From Gemmatimonadales bacterium (lineage in GTDB: Bacteria > Gemmatimonadota > Gemmatimonadetes > Gemmatimonadales > GWC2-71-9): 64,000 nucleotides of DNA. Location of the stretch: the NCBI GenBank assembly GCA_037189525.1, contig JBBCJC010000003.1, positions 64,001 to 128,000 on the forward strand, read 5' to 3'. Positions 56,403-64,000 of this stretch are shown one piece after another. The notes beneath the pieces are model-generated. The model saw nothing but the letters and a program-made list of their open reading frames with translations, was not told the origin of the DNA and did no database searches. Every line of letters begins with the position of its first letter. Positions within the stretch are counted from its first letter, which is position 1. The translations under genes were made by a program, and so were the position numbers.

Positions 56403-58394
56403 ATGATGAACCGTCTCAAGCAGATGATCGCCGTCTTCACGTTCCTGGTTGCTCTCGGGGCCGGGTCGGCTGTGGCGCAGCGTCCCATGACGCCCGAGGA
56501 CATTCTGGCGCTCAAGCAGGTCGCCGATCCGCAGGTCTCGCCGGACGGGCAATGGATCGCCTATGTGGTGAGCCAGACCGAGCTCGACCAGAACTCCGTC
56601 AACACCGACCTGTGGCTTGTTGCCGCCGCGGGCGGGGAGCCGATCCGGCTGACCACGAGCCCACGGGCCGACAATGCCCCGCGGTGGTCGCCGGACGGCA
56701 AGTGGATCGCATTTATCTCCGCCCGCGAGGAGCGGCCGCAGATCTGGCTGATCCGTCCGAACGGAGGCGAGGCCGAGAAGCTGACGTCCTCGAAGAGCGG
56801 TGTGCAGAGTCTCGCCTGGTCGCCCGACGGAAAGACCATTGCGTACACGGCCCTTCGCGAGTGGACGGCCGAGGAAGAGAAGAAGCAGAAAGACCGGGAT
56901 GACGCGATCGTGGTCGACCAGGATCACCGGTTCAGCCGGATCTGGACCATCGACGTCGCGAGCAAGAAGGCCACCGAAATCGTCTCGGGCGAATTCCAGC
57001 CTTCGGGCCCGCAGTGGTCGCCCGATGGTACCCAGCTGGCGTACGAAGTCCGGCCCACGCCTGCTGCGGACGACGGAAGCCGCTCGGATATCTACATCGT
57101 CACCCTGGCGAACAAAGAGACGCGTAAGCTCTTCGAGAATCCCGGAATCGACAACAGCCCGCGCTGGTCGCCCGATGGCAAGTGGATTGCGTTTGCGAGC
57201 CGGCCCGACGGCTTTGGCCAGGCCGAGCTCAAGGTGATTCCTTCGACGGGTGGCACGCCGCGGGCGATTGCCCCGCGCTTCCTCTATCAGCCCGGGCCGG
57301 TGACCTGGTCGGCGGATGGCCGGACGCTCTTCTTCACGGCGTCGGTGCGCACCACCAATCAGCTCTTCTCGGTGCCCGTGGCTGGTGGCGAACCGAAGCA
57401 GCTGACCTCGCACAACGGTACGATGAGTGGCGCTTCGATGTCCGACGACGGGCGGACCATTACCTTTACCGTGTCGGAGGTGACCAAGCCGAACGACGTG
57501 TACGTGGTGCGCGATCCTGCCCGGTTTACGCCCGTCAAACTCACCGACCACAATCCGCAGCTGGCGGACATCGCGCTCGGCCGGGGTGAGCTCTATCGCT
57601 GGAAGAGCAAGGACGGCAAGGAAATCGAGGGCGTCCTGATCTATCCGACCAACTACGATCCGTCGAAGCGGTATCCGACCATGGCGTTCATTCACGGCGG
57701 CCCGTCCGGCGTGTGGACCCAGGGCTTCCCGGGCAGCTCGGGCAACTACGGCCACATCTGGGCCGGGCGAGGCTGGGTCAGCTTCTATCCCAACGTGCGC
57801 GGCTCGAGCGGTTACGGCGATGCGTTCATGAAGTCCAACGTGCGCGATTGGGGCGGCGGCGACTATCAGGACATCCAGACCGGTCTCGATGAGCTGGTCC
57901 GTCGCGGCATTGCCGATCCCGACCGGATGGGGCAGAGCGGCTGGAGCTACGGTGGCTACATGACGGCGTGGACGCTGACCCAGACCGATCGCTTCAAAGG
58001 GGTGATGGTCGGCGCCGGCTTGACCAACATGTACTCGATGTATTCGACCAACGATCTCCAGACGACGCTCGAGAACTACTTCGGCGCGGAGCCCTGGGAT
58101 GACGAGGAAGCGTATCGCCGCGCCTCGGCGATGGTGTATATCAAGCAGGCCAAGACGCCCACGCTGATCCTGCACGGCCAGCAGGACATGCGAGTGCCGA
58201 TCGGGCAGGCCCAGGAGCTCTACATGGGTCTCAAGAAGAACGGGATCCCAGTCGAACTCGTCTTCTATCCTCGGGCAGGCCACGGCTTGTCGGAACCTCG
58301 GCATCAGCTGGACCGGATGCGGCGCGAGTATGCCTTCTTCTCGAAGCGCGTGCTGGGTGTGGACGTCGCCGACAAGCCGGCGCTGGTTCCGTGA
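56403..58394 (+). CDS. Secreted S9 family peptidase
   Basis: Signal peptide, WSPDG propeller repeats, IHGGP, GWSYGG, DMRVP, YPRAGH. Confidence 0.93.
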   Translation: MMNRLKQMIAVFTFLVALGAGSAVAQRPMTPEDILALKQVADPQVSPDGQWIAYVVSQTELDQNSVNTDLWLVAAAGGEPIRLTTSPRADNAPRWSPDGKWIAFISAREERPQIWLIRPNGGEAEKLTSSKSGVQSLAWSPDGKTIAYTALREWTAEEEKKQKDRDDAIVVDQDHRFSRIWTIDVASKKATEIVSGEFQPSGPQWSPDGTQLAYEVRPTPAADDGSRSDIYIVTLANKETRKLFENPGIDNSPRWSPDGKWIAFASRPDGFGQAELKVIPSTGGTPRAIAPRFLYQPGPVTWSADGRTLFFTASVRTTNQLFSVPVAGGEPKQLTSHNGTMSGASMSDDGRTITFTVSEVTKPNDVYVVRDPARFTPVKLTDHNPQLADIALGRGELYRWKSKDGKEIEGVLIYPTNYDPSKRYPTMAFIHGGPSGVWTQGFPGSSGNYGHIWAGRGWVSFYPNVRGSSGYGDAFMKSNVRDWGGGDYQDIQTGLDELVRRGIADPDRMGQSGWSYGGYMTAWTLTQTDRFKGVMVGAGLTNMYSMYSTNDLQTTLENYFGAEPWDDEEAYRRASAMVYIKQAKTPTLILHGQQDMRVPIGQAQELYMGLKKNGIPVELVFYPRAGHGLSEPRHQLDRMRREYAFFSKRVLGVDVADKPALVP

Positions 58395-58432
58395 TGCCAA
58401 TCACTTCTCTGGATCCCGAACGGTATCCGCTC

Positions 58433-60442
58433 ATGCGTACAAAGCGTGGTCAGTCGCTGGCCGTGGTGGCGTTGCTCGGTGTGCTCGCAGCCGGCGCAGA
58501 GGCACAGAATGTCCTGACGCCGGAACGGGCGGCGGCCATGCGGATGCTGGGGCCGGTATCCCTGTCGCCGGATGGACGGCACGTGGTCTACAGCGTCACC
58601 GTGCCCAACCTGACGGAAAGCTCCACCAACTCGGATCTCTGGTTGGTGCCGTCCGCCGGCGGCGAGCCGATTCGCCTCACCAGTTCCAAGGTGATGGACG
58701 ATCAGCCCGCCTGGTCGCCGGACGGCAAGCGGATCGCTTTCGTGTCGGCCCGTGACGGCAAACCACAGATTTTCCTGATCTCTCCCTTCGGGGGCGAAGC
58801 GGAGAAGCTGACCGATTCCAAGACCGGGATCCAGTCCTTTGCCTGGGCGCCCGACGGGAATCGGATTGCCTACGTCGCCCCGCGCGATCCGACGCCGGAG
58901 GAGGAGAAGAAGCAGAAGGAGAAAGACGACGCGATCGTCGTCGATCAGAACTTCATCCCGGCCCGCCTGCATGTGATCGAGGTGGGCACCCGTAAGAGCA
59001 ATGAGGTCGTCAAAGGCGATTACCAGATCTCGTCGCTCGACTGGTCGCCTAACGGGCGGGAGATTGCCTTCGTGTCGATCCCGACGCCGCGGGCGGATGA
59101 CGGCCGCTATGCCGACATCCTGGTGGCCGATGTCGCATCGGGCACGACGAGGAAGCTGTACGACAATGCCGGCCCCGACGTCGGGCCGCGCTGGTCTCCG
59201 GACGGCGCCTCGATTGCGTTTTCGACCACGGCTGCGAAGGCCGTGGCGATTTCGCAGTCACGCCTGATGGTGATCCCGGCCGCCGGCGGGACCCCGCGTC
59301 CGCTTGCTCGGGACTTTCTCTATCAGCCGGGGACCGTGGCCTGGGCCGCCGACGGAAAGAGCGTCTACTTCTGGGCCTCGGTGCGGACCAGCACGGAGTT
59401 GTTCCATGCACCGGCCGATGGCGGGCCGGCCAAGCAGCTCTCCGACTTTCGTGGTTCGCGAGGGTGGTTCGGCGGTTCCACGCCGTCGCTCTCGAGCGAT
59501 CGCCGCACCATTGCCTTCGGCCGTTCCACCATGGATACGCCGGAGGATGTCTACGTGGCGCGGATCGATGCGCCCTGGGCCATGACCAAGCTCACGACCA
59601 TCAATCCGGAGCTGGCGGACGCGTCGCTGGGTAAGGGCGAAGTGGTGCGCTGGAAGAGTAAGGACGGGATGGAGGTCGAAGGGGTCCTGATCTATCCCGC
59701 CGGCTATCAGCCGGGACGCCGGTATCCGACCGTGGCGCTGATCCATGGCGGACCGTCGGGCGTGTGGGACCAGGGCTTTGGTTCCAGCTGGTACAATCCA
59801 GCGCAGGTCTATGCCTCGCAGGGGTGGGTGGCGTTTCTGCCCAATCCGCGCGGTTCGAGCGGCTACGGCGAGAAGTTCCTGGCGGCCAATCTCCGCGATT
59901 GGGGTGGCGGCGACTATCAGGACATCCAGACCGGGCTCGATGATCTGGTCCGCCGCGGCATCGCTGATCCGGGACGGATGGCGCAGGGCGGCTGGAGTTA
60001 TGGCGGCTACATGAGCGCCTGGACGCTGACCCAGACGGACCGGTTCAAGGCCATCATGGTTGGCGCGGGCCTGACCAACATGTACTCGATGTACTCCACC
60101 AACGACCTGCAGATGGTCCTCGAAGACTACTTCGGCGGCGAGCCCTGGAACGACGAGGAAGCCTACCGGCGCGCCTCGGCCATGGTGCACATCAAGCAGG
60201 CCAAGACGCCGACGCTGATCCTGCACGGACAGCAGGACATGCGGGTGCCGGTCGGACAGGCGCAGGAGCTCTACATGGGGCTCCGCAAGAACGGGATTCC
60301 GGTCGAACTGGTGTTCTATCCCCGGGAGGGTCATGGGCTGAACGAACCCCGCCACGCCCTCGACAAGATCCGGCGCGAGTACAACTTTTTCGCGAAGCAC
60401 GTTCTGGGGGTGGAACCCAACCCCGCGGCGCTGGTTCCCTAG
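58433..60442 (+). CDS. Secreted S9 family peptidase (paralog of the upstream gene)
   Basis: Same architecture; GWSYGG, DMRVP, YPREGH. Confidence 0.93.
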   Translation: MRTKRGQSLAVVALLGVLAAGAEAQNVLTPERAAAMRMLGPVSLSPDGRHVVYSVTVPNLTESSTNSDLWLVPSAGGEPIRLTSSKVMDDQPAWSPDGKRIAFVSARDGKPQIFLISPFGGEAEKLTDSKTGIQSFAWAPDGNRIAYVAPRDPTPEEEKKQKEKDDAIVVDQNFIPARLHVIEVGTRKSNEVVKGDYQISSLDWSPNGREIAFVSIPTPRADDGRYADILVADVASGTTRKLYDNAGPDVGPRWSPDGASIAFSTTAAKAVAISQSRLMVIPAAGGTPRPLARDFLYQPGTVAWAADGKSVYFWASVRTSTELFHAPADGGPAKQLSDFRGSRGWFGGSTPSLSSDRRTIAFGRSTMDTPEDVYVARIDAPWAMTKLTTINPELADASLGKGEVVRWKSKDGMEVEGVLIYPAGYQPGRRYPTVALIHGGPSGVWDQGFGSSWYNPAQVYASQGWVAFLPNPRGSSGYGEKFLAANLRDWGGGDYQDIQTGLDDLVRRGIADPGRMAQGGWSYGGYMSAWTLTQTDRFKAIMVGAGLTNMYSMYSTNDLQMVLEDYFGGEPWNDEEAYRRASAMVHIKQAKTPTLILHGQQDMRVPVGQAQELYMGLRKNGIPVELVFYPREGHGLNEPRHALDKIRREYNFFAKHVLGVEPNPAALVP

Positions 60443-60475
60443 CAGGAACGCCGTTCTGATCGGAAGGAGTATCCT

Positions 60476-62029
60476 ATGCGAATGATGACCGCATCGATCG
60501 TCGCCCTCGCCGCCGTGGCCGGAATTCACCCGGCCAGGGCGCAGGAGCGTGTCGATGTTTGGATTCGAAACGGTAGCGTCTACGACGGCACCGGGGCCGC
60601 GCCGCGATCGGCGGATGTCGGTGTGCGCGGCGACCGGATCGTGTTCGTGGGACGGGCTCCGGCCGGTCTGACGGCGGCGCGAACCATCGATGCCAAAGGG
60701 CTGGTCGTGGTGCCGGGGTTCATCGACCCGCACACCCACACGGACGGCGACCTCCGCTCCCCCGAACGACGCGGGTTGCCGGGCTTCCTGCTGCAGGGCG
60801 TCACGACGGTCATCGTGGGCAGCGACGGTCGCGGTCCGATCGACGTTGCCAATGCGCGGGCTGCGATCGATCGGGACGGGGCGGGGACCAACGTCGCGTT
60901 CCTGGTCGGGCATACCACGGCGCGCCAGCGGGTGCTCGGCGGGTCGGCCGCGGCGCCGACGCCGGCCCAACTCGACAGCATGCGTACGCTGATTGCCAAG
61001 GGAATGCGGGAAGGGGCGTTCGGGATCTCGACCGGCCTGTATTACGCGCCCGCCAGCTATGCATCGACCGAGGAGGTCATCGCGCTGTCGAAGGTCGTTG
61101 GTGAGGCTGGCGGATATTACGACTCACACATCCGGGACGAGTCCAGCTATTCGATCGGCCTGCTCGCCGCTGTCGAAGAGGTGCTCCGGATCGGACGAGA
61201 GGCGAAGTTGCCGACGCATATTGCGCACATCAAAGCGCTCGGCGTCGATGTGTGGGGCAAGAGCGGCGAGGTGATCGACAAGATCCAGGCCGCTCGTAAG
61301 GCGGGGCAGAAGGTCACGGCTGACCAGTATCCCTACACGGCGTCGGGAAGCGGTATCGGCGCTTCGTTGCTTCCTCGCTGGGCGGAAGCCGGCGGGCGGG
61401 ATTCGCTCCGTCGCCGTCTGGCCGATCCGACCATTCGCGATACCCTCGTGGCGGAAATGCGCAACAACCTTCGCCGCCGCGGCGGGCCGGACGCGTTGTT
61501 GATCACCGCGGGGCAGTGGAAGGGCCGCCGGCTCTCCGAAGTCGCCAAGCAGACCGGGGTCGATCCGATCGATGCCGCCATCACCATCGTCGCTGGCGGC
61601 GATGCGGGCGTGGCCTCCTTCAACATGCAGGAAGCCGACATCGACAACTTCATGCAGCAGGACTTCGTGGTTACCGGTTCGGACGGGTCGGGAGGACATC
61701 CCCGGAAGTTCGGGACCTTTCCGCGCAAGCTCCGGCGTTATGTGCTCGACCGCGGCGTCATCACGCTCGCGCGCGCCGTCGAAGCGAGCAGTCGTCAAAC
61801 GGCCGAGATCGTCGGCATCGCCGATCGTGGCGTATTGGCGGCCGGGAAATTTGCCGATGTGGTGGTCCTGGATTCGACCCGCCTGATCGACCGGTCGACC
61901 TATGAGGCGCCCGAAGAGCTGGCCGAGGGCATCGTGTATGTCCTCGTCAATGGTCGTGTCGCGGTGGATGGCGGCAAGCCGAACGGGACGCTGGCCGGTC
62001 GCGCCCTCTCTCGGCCGACCCGTCGTTAG
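60476..62029 (+). CDS. N-acyl-D-amino-acid deacylase family amidohydrolase
   Basis: AAGGAG RBS, signal peptide, PGFIDPHTH, STGLYY, SHIRDE, DQYPY, HPRKFGTFPR. Confidence 0.9.
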   Translation: MRMMTASIVALAAVAGIHPARAQERVDVWIRNGSVYDGTGAAPRSADVGVRGDRIVFVGRAPAGLTAARTIDAKGLVVVPGFIDPHTHTDGDLRSPERRGLPGFLLQGVTTVIVGSDGRGPIDVANARAAIDRDGAGTNVAFLVGHTTARQRVLGGSAAAPTPAQLDSMRTLIAKGMREGAFGISTGLYYAPASYASTEEVIALSKVVGEAGGYYDSHIRDESSYSIGLLAAVEEVLRIGREAKLPTHIAHIKALGVDVWGKSGEVIDKIQAARKAGQKVTADQYPYTASGSGIGASLLPRWAEAGGRDSLRRRLADPTIRDTLVAEMRNNLRRRGGPDALLITAGQWKGRRLSEVAKQTGVDPIDAAITIVAGGDAGVASFNMQEADIDNFMQQDFVVTGSDGSGGHPRKFGTFPRKLRRYVLDRGVITLARAVEASSRQTAEIVGIADRGVLAAGKFADVVVLDSTRLIDRSTYEAPEELAEGIVYVLVNGRVAVDGGKPNGTLAGRALSRPTRR

Positions 62030-62038
62030 TCGTTTCCG

Positions 62039-62087
62039 CGTCGTTCAATCGGCGGCGTCTCCTGCTTGCGCTGCCGATTGAACGACG
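62039..62087 (+). terminator. Long hairpin, probable terminator of the hydrolase operon
   Basis: CGTCGTTCAATCGGCGGCG / CGCTGCCGATTGAACGACG 19-bp stem followed by a pyrimidine-rich tract. Confidence 0.7.
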
Positions 62088-62384
62088 TTCTCATTCTCGC
62101 TTCATTCTTTCCTCATAGTCGTTAGCAGTCGCCGGGCGTTCAGAGCCCGGGCTTTGCCGCTCATGGCAATCCAACGCGGCCGATGGCGTCGCCGGCCGCC
62201 CCTCCGATCGTTGCATCTCCTCCAATTGTCGTATCGCTAGGTACGTACTACGGATTCTTGGCAATTACTTGCCTGCTCTCGTCTTGTCGAAGCGCGTCCG
62301 ATTTGGAAGATTTGCATCGTCAATCGCGGCCACGCTACACGGGCACGAGCCGCACCAGTCTTCAGCCGAGTAGAATCGATCGTC

Positions 62385-62684
62385 ATGGGGCTCCTGTCCA
62401 TTTTTCGCCGAACGCCGACCGATCGCTTTCGCCGGTCGCCACACGTGAAGTCGGTGGCGCACGGCGATAAGGTCGTGTTGATGGATCTGCGGGGTGAACA
62501 GTTCTACTCGCTGGACGGCATCGCGGTTCGGATGTGGGATCATCTGGCTGAACCATCCACGGCCGAGCGGTTGTCCGACCTGGTCGTTGCCGAGTACGAC
62601 GTGCCGATCGAGGTGGCGCGGGGCGACGTCACGGCGTGCCTGGATGAAATGACTCGGGGCGGACTGGTGTTGGCTGGTCGATGA
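62385..62684 (+). CDS. PqqD-family RiPP recognition element (lasso peptide B1)
   Basis: VVLMDL..EQFYSLD.IA.RMWD.L...EYDVP...GDV..CLDEM...GLV; adjacent to B2 and the cyclase. Confidence 0.88.
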   Translation: MGLLSIFRRTPTDRFRRSPHVKSVAHGDKVVLMDLRGEQFYSLDGIAVRMWDHLAEPSTAERLSDLVVAEYDVPIEVARGDVTACLDEMTRGGLVLAGR

Positions 62685-63070
62685 GCGCACGCCCCTGGTT
62701 TGTGACCGCATTTGCAGCCGTGTCCGTCGCGCGTCTGTCGCTTCGGCTGGCGGGATTCAGCCGCACCATGACGTGGGTCTCGCGTCTGGCGCCTAAGCTG
62801 GCTCGGCGCACGTCGCGGGGCACGGCCGACGGCATCGTGCGGAGCGTCGCCGTTGCGGCGGCATTCTTTCCCGGCCGCGCCATCTGCCTGGAACAGTCGG
62901 TGGCCAGCTATCTGTTGCTCCGGCGTTGGGGGCATGACGTGGCCCTGCGCGTTGGAGTACAGCCCTATCCGTTCCGCGCGCACGCCTGGGTCGAGCTGGA
63001 CGGCCGGCCGCTGCTCGAGAATGAAGACGAGCTGGTCAAGTTCGTGCCGTTTCCCGAGGCCTTCGCATGA
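62681..63070 (+). CDS. Lasso peptide leader peptidase B2 (transglutaminase-like)
   Basis: CLEQS...LRVGV..PFRAHAWVE..G; ATGA overlap with B1. Confidence 0.9.
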   Translation: MSARPWFVTAFAAVSVARLSLRLAGFSRTMTWVSRLAPKLARRTSRGTADGIVRSVAVAAAFFPGRAICLEQSVASYLLLRRWGHDVALRVGVQPYPFRAHAWVELDGRPLLENEDELVKFVPFPEAFA

Positions 63071-64000
63071 ATCCGTTCATGTGTGTGGTCGATCTGGGTG
63101 GCGACACCGTCGGCATCGATGCCCTGGTTGCCGCGCTGCCCGCGGTGGGACGCGCCGGGGAGCGAACCGAGGTGCTGCTGCATGGCGCCTGGGGGGCGGC
63201 TTGGGTACCGGCCGAGAGCAACGGGCGGCCGGCCATTGCGCATCGTGACGGAATTCTGGCCCTCGGCAGTGCGCGGATTACCAACCGGTCGGCGCTGCGG
63301 GGCGGGGCGGTGCGGTCCGGCGCTGGTGATCTGGACCTGATCATCGAGCGGTATCTCGCGCACGACACGGCCGGGTTCCGTGAGCTGGTGGGCGATTTCG
63401 CCGTCGTGCTGTGGGACACCCGCGCCCACCGGCTGATTGCCGTTCGCGACGCGTTAGGCGTCAAGACGCTCTTCTATCAGCGTACCGGCAATCGCCTCGT
63501 GGTCGGGTCGCACCTCGAATGTTTCGAGTCGACTCGCTACGATCGCTCGTTCCTGGGTGACATGCTGCTCGGGTTGCGCCGCGGGACGGAGCGGACGGTC
63601 TTTGCCGGCGTTACCCGTCTGCTGCCCGGGACGTCCCTCACGGCCGACGCCCTCGGTGTCCGCACCAGGCGCTACTGGGATGCGGCGGAGTTTGTGGCCG
63701 CCGATGCCGTTGCCGACGAGCGGGAAGCCATCGCCGAGTTCCGGCGGTTGTTTCGCGAGGCGGTGCTGGCCCAGATGGATGACGGCGCTTCAACCTGGGC
63801 GCAGCTGTCGGGCGGGCTCGACTCGTCGTCGGTGGTCGCCATGGCCCAGCAGCTCGCGGCCGAAGGGCTCGTGTCGCCGCTCGCTGGGACCCAGACCGTG
63901 GTCGATTCGCTGGCCGAGGGCGACGAGACGCGCTATTCCGACGCGGTGGTCCGCCAGTACGGCCTGCGGAACGAGCGCGTGAGCGACTATGCCGCGTGGC
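63067..64000 (+). CDS. Lasso cyclase (asparagine synthetase-like), 3'-truncated by the window
   Basis: Not in the ORF track because it has no stop in the window. Reads MNPFMC...LVGDFAVVLWD...RDALGVKTLFY...RRYWD...LSGGLDSSSV; lacks the Cys-2 of true AsnB. Confidence 0.88.
   Translation, partial: MNPFMCVVDLGGDTVGIDALVAALPAVGRAGERTEVLLHGAWGAAWVPAESNGRPAIAHRDGILALGSARITNRSALRGGAVRSGAGDLDLIIERYLAHDTAGFRELVGDFAVVLWDTRAHRLIAVRDALGVKTLFYQRTGNRLVVGSHLECFESTRYDRSFLGDMLLGLRRGTERTVFAGVTRLLPGTSLTADALGVRTRRYWDAAEFVAADAVADEREAIAEFRRLFREAVLAQMDDGASTWAQLSGGLDSSSVVAMAQQLAAEGLVSPLAGTQTVVDSLAEGDETRYSDAVVRQYGLRNERVSDYAAW

Noticed and set aside
62163..62470. Short ORFs upstream of lasso B1 (MAIQRGRW..., MASPAAPP...) as the precursor
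   Set aside because: No YxxP-L leader, no Thr(-2)/Gly core with an acidic residue at 7-9, no RBS; the region looks like promoter DNA.

Overview
High-GC bacterial chromosomal segment. Gene content (recR-mglB-mglA-pgsA-cinA, bshB1, many secreted peptidases) suggests Gemmatimonadota; this is an inference. In order it holds: the 3' end of a large surface-type protein, a short lower-GC patch, a CocE/NonD hydrolase, pgi/MBL/pyk diverging from a class II aldolase across a DnaA-box-rich intergenic (candidate oriC), ytxH-yihY, an SRP RNA, dnaX-ybaB-recR-mglBA-pgsA-cinA, grpE-dnaJ, ppk1, S9 peptidase-mnmA-iscS-bshB1, a TolC/MacAB-type exporter, two sensor kinases and an HDOD protein, a complete aroF-trpE-G-D-CF-B-A operon, a cluster of secreted peptide hydrolases, and the start of a lasso-peptide cluster (B1, B2, truncated cyclase) at the right edge. 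The most notable unannotated signals are: (1) five degenerate tandem copies of the yihY 3' end between yihY and the SRP RNA; (2) an SRP RNA whose helix-8 GNRA tetraloop is replaced by UUGCC; (3) a leaderless WWWPW leader peptide with a classical attenuator in front of aroF-trp; (4) the lasso cluster, whose precursor is not visible; (5) a candidate oriC with no dnaA in the window; (6) a FliA-type promoter driving an HDOD/hybrid-kinase operon. All calls were made by eye and no searches were run.
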